64,000 nt of DNA from an uncultured delta proteobacterium (GTDB lineage: Bacteria; Myxococcota; Myxococcia; Myxococcales; Myxococcaceae), in assembly GCA_963796055.1 (NCBI GenBank), contig CAWCKH010000004.1, positions 800,001-864,000 of the forward strand, in the 5' to 3' direction. This document shows positions 50,423-58,485 of this stretch, one piece after another. Below the pieces are notes generated by a model. That model saw only the letters and a program-made list of their open reading frames with translations. It was not told the origin of the DNA and made no database searches. How positions within the stretch are numbered: position 1 is the first letter of the stretch; each line of letters opens with the position of its first letter. A program made the translations under genes and the position numbers.

Positions 50423-51676
50423 TCAGCGGCTCTGCGCCGAGGGGCTGCCGCCATCCATGCTCCCCACCACCGTCGACGGCCCGGTCACCGTGCTCGCGGT
50501 GGCCGTGACCTGGGAGATGGATGCGCTACCCTTGCCGCCGCGCAGAGTGCCGTCCAGCCACTTCACGATGAGGTCTCGGGATTCGACGACGACGATACTC
50601 GCCAGGAACGCTGCCGAGGCGGCCAGCACCTTCCGCATCCGCCTCGTTGTGAACCAGCCCTTGCGGATTGTCTTGAGTCTGAGCGGCGTGCGGATGGCCC
50701 GGAGCACCTCCCCGGAAGAAAGCCTCACCCCCGGTGGTGAGCTGACCAGGGTCCCGTCGTGCGCCTCACCGGCGTACCAGCCGGTCCTGGTCGCCCCCGC
50801 CGTCGCGTCGCCACCTCCGGTGGGAAGCAGCGGAGCGAGCCACCCCACTCGAATCTTGCTGGTGGGGTCCGCGCTCAGAACGAAGGTTTCCTCGGCCGAT
50901 TCGACCAGCAGCAGCGGGTAGCCGTGGTTTCCCGGCGCGTTCGTATCCCGGCGCGCCCACAGCTTGAACTGCGTCGCCGATGGTCGGACCAGGAACAGCA
51001 GCGGCACCGTGCGAGAGGCGCCGGTCGAGGTTCCGACCTCGGGGACCTCCGCCCAGAACCGCTGGGACCTCTTCAGATCTTCCGCATAGAGGGACTGATC
51101 CGTGGAGAGCAGAGCGACGTACCGCTCGAACGCGGGGGCCCCCACGGCGACAGGGTCGTCCAGGAGCCGCCTTCCCGCCCCGAGGTGCCGGAGGACCGCA
51201 TCGAAGAGCAGGAAGACCTCGCGGACGAAGCTCTCACGGCGAGGCTCCGGCCGCAGGAGATGGTGCTGGGCGATCGCCAGGTAGATGGCCTGGAGACTCT
51301 GCTCGACCGGCAGGCGATCGGACCAGATCCCCTGGCGGACGTTCTCGGCGTACCGAGCCAGAGGCTCCCAGCCGGGAGGGGCCTCGTGCCCCTCGGTCTG
51401 CGCAGCCAGCATGTACAGGCACAGCAGGTCATCGAACGCCGGGAAGGCGCTGAGCGCGATCCGGACCCTTCCGGCGCCCCCGCCGGGGGACCGGAGCCTT
51501 CCCTGGAGGAAGGCCATCGAGAACGAGGTGAGTGCGGCCGTCCCGGACAGCCGGATCAGGAGGAGAGCGTCGGCCGGGTCGGGATCGGAGGGCCTGACCC
51601 AGATCAGCTCCCAGTTCGGAGGTAGGCCGATGCCAGCTGCGGTTGCCGCCGCGGTCCTGGGAGCGCCTGCTTCCAC
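50423..51676 (-). CDS. Hypothetical protein, possibly degenerate DHH/DHHA-like fold, with C-terminal hydrophobic helix
   Basis: AAGGAGG RBS 7 nt before GTG 51676. Motifs FPAFDDLL, FKLWARRD..APG..G, VLSADP, WYAGEAHDGTLVSSP. The fold assignment is tentative. Confidence 0.6.
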   Translation of the reverse strand: MEAGAPRTAAATAAGIGLPPNWELIWVRPSDPDPADALLLIRLSGTAALTSFSMAFLQGRLRSPGGGAGRVRIALSAFPAFDDLLCLYMLAAQTEGHEAPPGWEPLARYAENVRQGIWSDRLPVEQSLQAIYLAIAQHHLLRPEPRRESFVREVFLLFDAVLRHLGAGRRLLDDPVAVGAPAFERYVALLSTDQSLYAEDLKRSQRFWAEVPEVGTSTGASRTVPLLFLVRPSATQFKLWARRDTNAPGNHGYPLLLVESAEETFVLSADPTSKIRVGWLAPLLPTGGGDATAGATRTGWYAGEAHDGTLVSSPPGVRLSSGEVLRAIRTPLRLKTIRKGWFTTRRMRKVLAASAAFLASIVVVESRDLIVKWLDGTLRGGKGSASISQVTATASTVTGPSTVVGSMDGGSPSAQSR

Positions 51677-51761
51677 GACGCGCCCTCCTTCTCCCCGGAG
51701 AGCAAGGGGGCGAGAATCTAGCCCAAGGCACAGAGCGACGCACCCCGGATGGCCAGGCCCG

Positions 51762-53510
51762 ATGAAGCCAGACGTCCCGAAGGAAGTCCTCGATCTCGCA
51801 TTCGGCCCGTTCCGGCTCGGGACCGACCTCCACCGCCTCGCCACCGTGCACGAGGTCGGAGCACACGAGGCCACCGCCCTGTACTGCGGTCGCATCCTGG
51901 AGGGTCTTTCCAGCGTCGCGGTCGAGGCCCTCGACCTCGAACGCGGCATCGCCTTCGCCAATCTCACCGTCCTGGAGCAGACCGACTTCCTCCAGCGGCC
52001 CTGGCTGGACTGGGCCCACGCGCTGCGTCGGATGGGGAACGACGCGCGCCACCTTCGACGGGAGCTCACCGCGAGCGATGGCGAGCTCTCCCTGGCGTTC
52101 GTCGACCGGTGGGTGGAGTGGTTCTTCGCTCAGTTCACCAGGCGACCAGCCACGCCGGCTCGAGGGGCCCTGCCGCGGCTCGGATCGGAGGAGGTCCACG
52201 GGCTCCTGGACGAGCTGACTCGACCGGCCCCGGAGATCCGCGCCGTGCTCGACCGCTCGCCCCTCCTGGCTGCGGTCAGGGCCGAGCGGCTCATCGACGG
52301 CGGGCGCTTCGAGGAGGCGGAAGAGGTGCTGGTGGACTCGATCCGCCGCTTTCCCGCCGATGGTCGATTGAAGCAGCTCCGCGGCCTGGGGTTCAGCCGA
52401 CGCGGGGATCCGGGGGACCTCGAGGCGGCCGAAGCGCTGCTCGCCCCGGCGGTCAGCGCCGGTGGTGGAGGGGATGAGGAATTCATCGGCATCCTCGCCG
52501 GCGTGCTCCGAAGACAGTGGCGAGCCACGCAGGACGTCTCCCGACTGGAGCGGGCAGCGCGGCTCTACGATTCCGGATTCCGGGCGTCCGGAGGGCAGAA
52601 CGCCTGGCTGGGAACGAGCGCGGCGGCGTGTGACCTGCTCCTGGGGCGGACGGCGAGTGCGCTCGATCGCGCGCGCCGAGTCTGCGCCTTGCTCGAGCAG
52701 CGCGCCCGCCTGGCACCGGATGCCCTCCCCTCCTACTGGCTCCAGGCCACGCGCGCGGAGGCGTTTCTCCTTGCCCGTCGATTCGAGGAGGCGTGGCCGG
52801 CTTACCGGCTCGCCCTGGGCCGGCCTGGCGTTCCCTCCGGACAGGTCCAGAGCACCCGGGCGCAGCTCGCGGACCTCCTGCCTCGCCTCGGGATCGGCCT
52901 GGCCCTCGACGAGTGGCTCGGCAAGCCCGTGCACGAGCCGCTCCGCATCGGCATCGTCGGCCATCGCCGGCTCGAGCAGGTGGAGAAGGTCGGGCGAGAT
53001 CTCCGGGAAGCGCTGGACCGAATCCGCGAGACCTGGGAGGGCCGGCCCCTGGTGCTGGTGAGCTCACTGGCGGAGGGCGCGGACCGGCTCTTCGTCGAGG
53101 TCGGACAGTGCGACCCACTCCACGGGACCCTGGAGGCGATCCTTCCCCTCCCCCGCGAGGAGTACCGCCGCGACTTCGTGGACCCAGGTTCGATGCGTGA
53201 GTTCGACCGCTTGCTGGAGAGTGCGCGCACGGTCCTCCTGGCGCCTGGCGTGGAGAGCCTCGGCCTCGGAGCCCCGGGAGACCGCGAGCTGGCCTATGCA
53301 CTCGCCGGGCGCGCGGTGGTGGACGTGTCCGACGTCATGGTCGCGGTCTGGGACGGGCAGCCCGCGCGCGGCACGGGAGGGACCGCGGAGACGGTCCTCC
53401 TGGCGCGCTCTCGAGGACTGCCGCTGGCCTGGGTTCACGCCGGAGAATCTCGGGCCGTTTCCTATGAGCGCTGGCCGGGGCACGAACCCCTGAGCACGTC
53501 CCTGAGGTAG
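51762..53510 (+). CDS. HEPN (DUF4145-like)-TPR sensor (TPR-S/MAP3K TRAF-binding-like)-SLOG fusion protein
   Basis: N-terminal YCGRILE...LRRMGNDARH (RxxxxxxH). Middle KQLRGLGFSR, GILAGV.RR.W, Y..GF, YWLQATRAEA. C-terminal IGIVGHR, SSLAEGAD, LPLP..EY..DF, AVWDG..ARGTGGTAETV. Confidence 0.75.
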   Translation: MKPDVPKEVLDLAFGPFRLGTDLHRLATVHEVGAHEATALYCGRILEGLSSVAVEALDLERGIAFANLTVLEQTDFLQRPWLDWAHALRRMGNDARHLRRELTASDGELSLAFVDRWVEWFFAQFTRRPATPARGALPRLGSEEVHGLLDELTRPAPEIRAVLDRSPLLAAVRAERLIDGGRFEEAEEVLVDSIRRFPADGRLKQLRGLGFSRRGDPGDLEAAEALLAPAVSAGGGGDEEFIGILAGVLRRQWRATQDVSRLERAARLYDSGFRASGGQNAWLGTSAAACDLLLGRTASALDRARRVCALLEQRARLAPDALPSYWLQATRAEAFLLARRFEEAWPAYRLALGRPGVPSGQVQSTRAQLADLLPRLGIGLALDEWLGKPVHEPLRIGIVGHRRLEQVEKVGRDLREALDRIRETWEGRPLVLVSSLAEGADRLFVEVGQCDPLHGTLEAILPLPREEYRRDFVDPGSMREFDRLLESARTVLLAPGVESLGLGAPGDRELAYALAGRAVVDVSDVMVAVWDGQPARGTGGTAETVLLARSRGLPLAWVHAGESRAVSYERWPGHEPLSTSLR

Positions 53511-53537
53511 GCTGCGGCGGAACCGGGAGGGAAGTGC

Positions 53538-54017
53538 ATGAAGACTGCAACGAGAATCGTCTCTCTGAGCTGGGTCGCACTGCTGGGATGCGCAACCGAG
53601 AAGCCTGCGGCGACCCCGGCGACTCCGAAGACGTTCGAGGTGGCGCTGAGCCCCGGCGCCGAGCCGACGCCATGCCCGGGCGCCGGGCCCGGAGCGGCGG
53701 GCACGGCGACAATCGCCGTGGCCACGGACCGCTCGTCGATCGGGGCGACGGTCAACTACGGGGGACTGTCCGGTGACCCGACCGGCGCGCACATCCACTT
53801 CGGTCCGGCGGGCGTCGCCGGGCCGGTGGTCCTGCCCTTCGCTGCCCCGCTCAGCTCACCGTTCAGCAAGACCTTCACCAGCGCGGACTACGTGGCGGCG
53901 CCGGGCGCCCCACCAGACTTCGCGGCGTTCGTCACCGCCCTCGAGGCCGGGAATGCCTACGTGAACGTCCACACTGCAGCCTGCAAGCCGGGGGAGATCC
54001 GGGGTCAGATCCGGTAG
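53538..54017 (+). CDS. CHRD-domain lipoprotein
   Basis: Lipobox ALLGC. GLSG.PTGAHIH.G..GVAGPVV and AYVNVHT...PGEIRGQI. Confidence 0.9.
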   Translation: MKTATRIVSLSWVALLGCATEKPAATPATPKTFEVALSPGAEPTPCPGAGPGAAGTATIAVATDRSSIGATVNYGGLSGDPTGAHIHFGPAGVAGPVVLPFAAPLSSPFSKTFTSADYVAAPGAPPDFAAFVTALEAGNAYVNVHTAACKPGEIRGQIR

Positions 54018-54684
54018 GCAGGCGAGGACCCCACCGGGGGCGCTGCATCCGCTCCACGCTCACGGGCGCCGACATGTGGGCGCACGAGAAGGGACAGCTC
54101 CTGTACCGGAACGTCCAGGGTGCGGCGGCACCCGCGGGGCTCCGGGACTCAGAAGCTGCCGATCGCCTGGATGCCCACGCTGCGGCCCACGGGGACGACT
54201 GCCACGAAGAGCAGCATCGCCGACGGCGCCCCGCCATCCCCGCCCCGGGGCCTCACCACCGCCAGGTTCGCCAGCCAGCCCTCCAGCTGCGCCTCCACGG
54301 TGCGCTTCGGCCTCTGGGCCACCAGCGTGCGCGACAGCACGTCCGGTGACATTGGTTGCGCGCCTCCGCCATCGGACGGAGAGACGAGCAGCGTCACCGC
54401 GACACCGACCCAGGTGAACATGCTCCGGGGTGTCTTCAAGAACCACGCCCCGCGGAGTCGGGGGATGTCGGACGCTGGCGCCGGCCGCGACCCGCGCATG
54501 GACGATGCACCCTGAGAAGCACGGCTCCTCCGCCGCCCCTCCACACCTCGGCGCCGCGCGCGTCGATCCGCCGACCCCATGCGGAACCAGCACACCTCCG
54601 CTTCTTCGACAGCCCAGGCGATCCAGCGGATCATTTTCCACTCGGCGGAGCGCGCGTCCCCGCCAACGTCCAAGGACTCCTTCG

Positions 54685-56352
54685 ATGTCCAGCCCGAGAG
54701 CATTCCTGGCCCTGTGGGCCATCGGTGCCCTGCTCACCTTCAGCGCCTGTAACTGCAGCGGTTCGGTCGACGGTCCCTCCGACAACCCGGGTGGAAACAC
54801 CGATGGGGGCCCCGGCAGCGACGGTGGAACGGTCCTCGCCTGCGTGCAGCCCGGAGCGGCGTGCGTCTCGGGGAGGCCGTGCTGCAGCGGCGTGTGCGAC
54901 GGCACGGTCTGCACCACCCCCAGCTTCTGTCAGGCGAACGGCAAGTCGTGCAACGCAGATACCGACTGCTGCTTGAACAACTGCGTCAACGGCACGTGCT
55001 CCGACAAGCTCTGCACCGACGTCGGCCATTCCTGCACGTCGGGGAACGAGTGCTGCACCGGGACCTGTACCGGCGGCACCTGCGCCAGCCTGGCAGGCGG
55101 CAGTTGCAAGGTCGTCGGCCAGTCGTGCGCCACGGGGTCCGAGTGCTGCTCGACCAACTGCCAGAGCGGATTCTGCGCCAAGGCGTACTACTGCCAGCCG
55201 GTCGGTGACGTCTGCCGGAGCAACGACGAGTGCTGCGGGCACGCCTGCACCGCCAACAGCGACGGCGGCGTCGGGCGCTGCGCGGCGGTGAGCGGGAGCG
55301 GCGGTGGCGGCTGCGACCAGGCAGGCGAGCCGTGCAACGGTGGAACCAACTGCTGCTCGCGGGTCTGCATCGATCCCGGCTCTGGGGTGACGGTCTGCCA
55401 GGCCGCCGAGGGTTGCCGGCTCACCGGCACCTGGTGCACCGACGACCAGAGCTGCTGCGGGGGCGGCACCAACCCCAACGGCTCGGTGCTGTGCCGGGGC
55501 GCCGACGCCGGCGCCGCGTCGACCGGGCGCTGCGACCAGGGGAATGCCTGCAACCCGGTGGGCAACATCTGCGGCGCCCCGGTTCTCCCCGACGGTGGCA
55601 GCACCAATGCGCCGCAGGATTGCTGCGACGGACATGTCTCGAACGGCGGCCAGGTCGGCCCAGGCTCTGACGTCTGCAAGCTCGACAGCTCGGGCATCCC
55701 CCGGTGCTTCGGGGGCGCCTCGACCACCTGCCCGACCGGATACACGGGCGAGGGCCAGTGCTGCATCGCCGCCGGACAGGAATGCCAGTTCAAGGACCAG
55801 TGCTGCGGTGGCGCGCCCTGCGTTCCGGGCCCGAACGGGAAGCTGGTCTGCACCGTGGCCAACTGCACCCCGGTGGGCGCGTCCTGCACCAGCTCCGGCC
55901 AGTGCTGCTCGGGCACCGACTGCCGGCCGACGGCCTCGGGCGCCTTGGCCTGCCAGACCATCCCCGTCCCGGTTGGCGACGCGGGGACCCCGGATGCGGG
56001 AGCACCCGATGCGGGCTCCGCCGACGCCGGGGTGTGCCAGGCGAACGGTACCCTGTGCTCGCTCGGGAACCAGTGCTGCTCGCAGCGCTGCCTCGAGGGA
56101 GCGTGCCAGCCCCCTGCGAGTTGCCAGCCCAAGAATGGGGTGTGCACCACGACCGCGGACTGCTGCAGCGGCTACTCCTGCGCGGTCCCGTCCGGGGCGA
56201 CCAGTGGAACGTGCCAGGCCAGCAGCTGCACCGGTGGAGGCCAGGCCTGCACCTCCAACGACCAGTGCTGCACCGGACTGTCGTGTCTGGACTCGACGAA
56301 CTACTTCTGCTCCGGCACGGGCGACTGCACCTGCAAGGCGTTGCTGCAGTGA
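54685..56352 (+). CDS. Cysteine-rich lipoprotein with about 13 knottin-like repeats
   Basis: Lipobox-like FSAC; repeated C-x6-C-x5-CC-x3-C-x4+-C modules; DAG repeats typical of myxobacterial surface proteins. AAGGA RBS before ATG 54685. Confidence 0.85.
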   Translation: MSSPRAFLALWAIGALLTFSACNCSGSVDGPSDNPGGNTDGGPGSDGGTVLACVQPGAACVSGRPCCSGVCDGTVCTTPSFCQANGKSCNADTDCCLNNCVNGTCSDKLCTDVGHSCTSGNECCTGTCTGGTCASLAGGSCKVVGQSCATGSECCSTNCQSGFCAKAYYCQPVGDVCRSNDECCGHACTANSDGGVGRCAAVSGSGGGGCDQAGEPCNGGTNCCSRVCIDPGSGVTVCQAAEGCRLTGTWCTDDQSCCGGGTNPNGSVLCRGADAGAASTGRCDQGNACNPVGNICGAPVLPDGGSTNAPQDCCDGHVSNGGQVGPGSDVCKLDSSGIPRCFGGASTTCPTGYTGEGQCCIAAGQECQFKDQCCGGAPCVPGPNGKLVCTVANCTPVGASCTSSGQCCSGTDCRPTASGALACQTIPVPVGDAGTPDAGAPDAGSADAGVCQANGTLCSLGNQCCSQRCLEGACQPPASCQPKNGVCTTTADCCSGYSCAVPSGATSGTCQASSCTGGGQACTSNDQCCTGLSCLDSTNYFCSGTGDCTCKALLQ

Positions 56353-56365
56353 CCCGATGAACCGA

Positions 56366-56392
56366 TGCAGGCGGCCTGATCCACCGCCTGCA
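56366..56392. terminator. Hairpin between convergent genes
   Basis: TGCAGGCGG / CCGCCTGCA 9-bp stem with no U-tract. Confidence 0.4.
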
Positions 56393-56399
56393 CCGTCCG

Positions 56400-57302
56400 C
56401 TACGGGGTGACGAGCACCTTGCCTCCGCCCTGCTGCGCCCGCCGGAACGCCTCGCGGATCCGAGCGAGAGGAAACCGGCCGACGATGGGGAGGACCAGGC
56501 TTCCTCGAACCACCTCCTCGGCCAGCGCGAGCAGGCGGGGTGCATCCGGATGCGCGCTGATCGCCTCGACGGTGATGCCGCGCTCCTTCGCCCCGGGTGG
56601 CTCGCCCACCACGCTCCCCAGGACGCCACCGGGCGCGAGCCTGGGAAAGAGTCGCGCCACGGTCTCGCCCCCCACGGTGTCGGCGATGGCGTCGAGTGTG
56701 GGGAGCCGCTCCACCGCGGTGGCGTCGTCGAGGGCGACCACGTCCTCCGCGCCCAGCGTCCGCGCCTCGGCGAGCTGGCGGGCCCGCACCCCGGCAATGA
56801 CGCGAGCCCCGAGCGTCCTGGCGACATGGACCGCGACCCGCCCCACGCTCCCCACCGCGCCGGTCACCAGGATGCGGGCGCCCGGCTTCGGCCTCACCGC
56901 CTCCTCGATGAGCTGCGCTCCGGTGAGCGCGACCACGGGAATGGCCGCCGCGTCCACCAGTGACAGGCCCTCCGGAACCCGGGCGAGCGCAGCGGCCTTG
57001 ACGGTGGCGAGCTCGGCCTGGCCGTGACGCACCTGTCCGAAGACCGGGTCACCGACGGTCAGACCGGACACACCCTCGCCCAGCTCGACCACCTCGCCCG
57101 AGGCATCGAAGCCGAGGATGGCCGGGAGCTTCAGCGGGAACCAGGCCTGCAAGGACCCGGTGACGAGCTTCACGTCGAGTGCGTTCAGGCTGGATGCGGC
57201 GACCCGGAGCTTGACCTCGCCCGGCCTGGGACGTGGCTCGTCGACGTCGCGGAGCTCCAGGCCATCCACGTCGCCGTATCGGGTGAGCACGGCCGCTCTC
57301 AT
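56400..57302 (-). CDS. NADP-dependent oxidoreductase (MDR / quinone oxidoreductase-like)
   Basis: MRAAV...YG, SLNALD, ILGFDASGEV, ILVTGAVGSVG, GKVLV. Confidence 0.9.
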   Translation of the reverse strand: MRAAVLTRYGDVDGLELRDVDEPRPRPGEVKLRVAASSLNALDVKLVTGSLQAWFPLKLPAILGFDASGEVVELGEGVSGLTVGDPVFGQVRHGQAELATVKAAALARVPEGLSLVDAAAIPVVALTGAQLIEEAVRPKPGARILVTGAVGSVGRVAVHVARTLGARVIAGVRARQLAEARTLGAEDVVALDDATAVERLPTLDAIADTVGGETVARLFPRLAPGGVLGSVVGEPPGAKERGITVEAISAHPDAPRLLALAEEVVRGSLVLPIVGRFPLARIREAFRRAQQGGGKVLVTP

Positions 57303-57386
57303 CGCTCGCTCCTGGGCTGGTGTGGCCTCAGCTAACACTCGGCGCCACGCTCCGCCGGGGAGCGTCGAGACCCGGCGCGGCTCAGC

Positions 57387-57839
57387 TCAGTGCTTGGCCC
57401 AGGCCCAGCCGGTGATGCGCCATCCGGCGGGAAGCTTCTGCAGGACCAGGGTGAAGATCGAACCCTTCTCCGCCGTGGGCTTCCCCTTCAGCTTGAACTT
57501 GAAGTCCGCCGGCAACACGACGTACGCGCGGTCACCCACGATGTCCACGTGCCGCGGCTTCCCGGTGACGACCACCGGCTCGGTGATTCCGTTCTTCTTC
57601 GCGTCGGCATCGAAGTCGGTCGCCCAGTCCGAGCAGGCCGTGGCGCCCTGCCAGACGAAGGGAGCGAACTCGTCGATGATCGCGGCCTGCGGCGCGCAGG
57701 TGGCGAGCGCGGTCTTGGTGTCACCCTTGTTGAAGCCGTCGATGAACTGGGTGACCACTGCCATCACCTCCGTCGACTCGGAGGCGGCTGCCGGGCCGGT
57801 GATGGCCAGGACTGCGAGGACCAGGATTGCTCTGCGCAT
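57387..57839 (-). CDS. Exported NTF2/SnoaL-like protein
   Basis: Signal peptide; QFIDGFNKGD, IIDEFAPFVW.G, GDRAYVV.P, GWRI..WAW. Confidence 0.8.
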   Translation of the reverse strand: MRRAILVLAVLAITGPAAASESTEVMAVVTQFIDGFNKGDTKTALATCAPQAAIIDEFAPFVWQGATACSDWATDFDADAKKNGITEPVVVTGKPRHVDIVGDRAYVVLPADFKFKLKGKPTAEKGSIFTLVLQKLPAGWRITGWAWAKH

Positions 57840-58179
57840 GTGAGTCTCCCCTTCGGTGCGAAGCCCATCGAGACCTGTGGGTACGACCGACTCGTCGAGG
57901 GTGGGGCGGGGGGACGCCGCGTCGCGCACTCCTTGCGTCCACCGCACCTGTCCGAGCTGGTGAGGCGGAGTCTGATCGAGTTCGGACCGGCGGTCGAGGG
58001 CGACCGACCGGAAGCGGGCCAGGATCTGCATCGGGAGCAGGGGCCCTCCGTTTGCCCGCGCCGCTCGAGCCTGATAGTGCACAGAGCACCAGTTCCGTCT
58101 CGCGCCTGCACCTGGAGCCTCGAGGACCGCTTCGGACCCGCACGACGGTTTCGTTCCACCCGTCCGAAACGAGGTTTTC

Positions 58180-58485
58180 ATGGCTCGCATCACCGTCGAG
58201 GACTGCGTCGAGTTCGTCGACAACCGCTTCGCACTCTGCATCCTCGCCACCCGCCGTGCCCGGCAGCTCTCCGCCGGAGCCACGCCCCTCATCCAGACCC
58301 AGCGGAACAAGCCCGCGGTGGTGGCCCTCCGCGAGGTGGCGACCGGAAGGGTCCGCTTCGAGGGCGACGTCCGGGCCGCGCTCTCCAAGCCGCCTCCCCG
58401 CCGGGCGGAGATGGAGGCCGCGGTCACCGCCAGCGAGAAGGACCGGGCGAGCGGTCCGGATCCGTTTCACCGCTGGAACCGCTGA
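58180..58485 (+). CDS. rpoZ: RNA polymerase omega subunit
   Basis: MARITVEDC...NRFAL..LA..RARQL..GA...[12 protein letters not shown]. Confidence 0.95.
   Translation: MARITVEDCVEFVDNRFALCILATRRARQLSAGATPLIQTQRNKPAVVALREVATGRVRFEGDVRAALSKPPPRRAEMEAAVTASEKDRASGPDPFHRWNR

Noticed and set aside
44484..53510. Assignment to canonical Thoeris, CBASS or Avs
   Set aside because: There is no Sir2-SLOG ThsA, no CD-NTase, and no effector fused N-terminally to the STAND ATPase. Only the component domains are shared.
54020..54680. Possible small ORFs (54149-54421 minus; DMWAHEKGQLLY fragment on plus)
   Set aside because: No recognisable family or well-placed RBS, and several conflicting frames. Cannot be supported.
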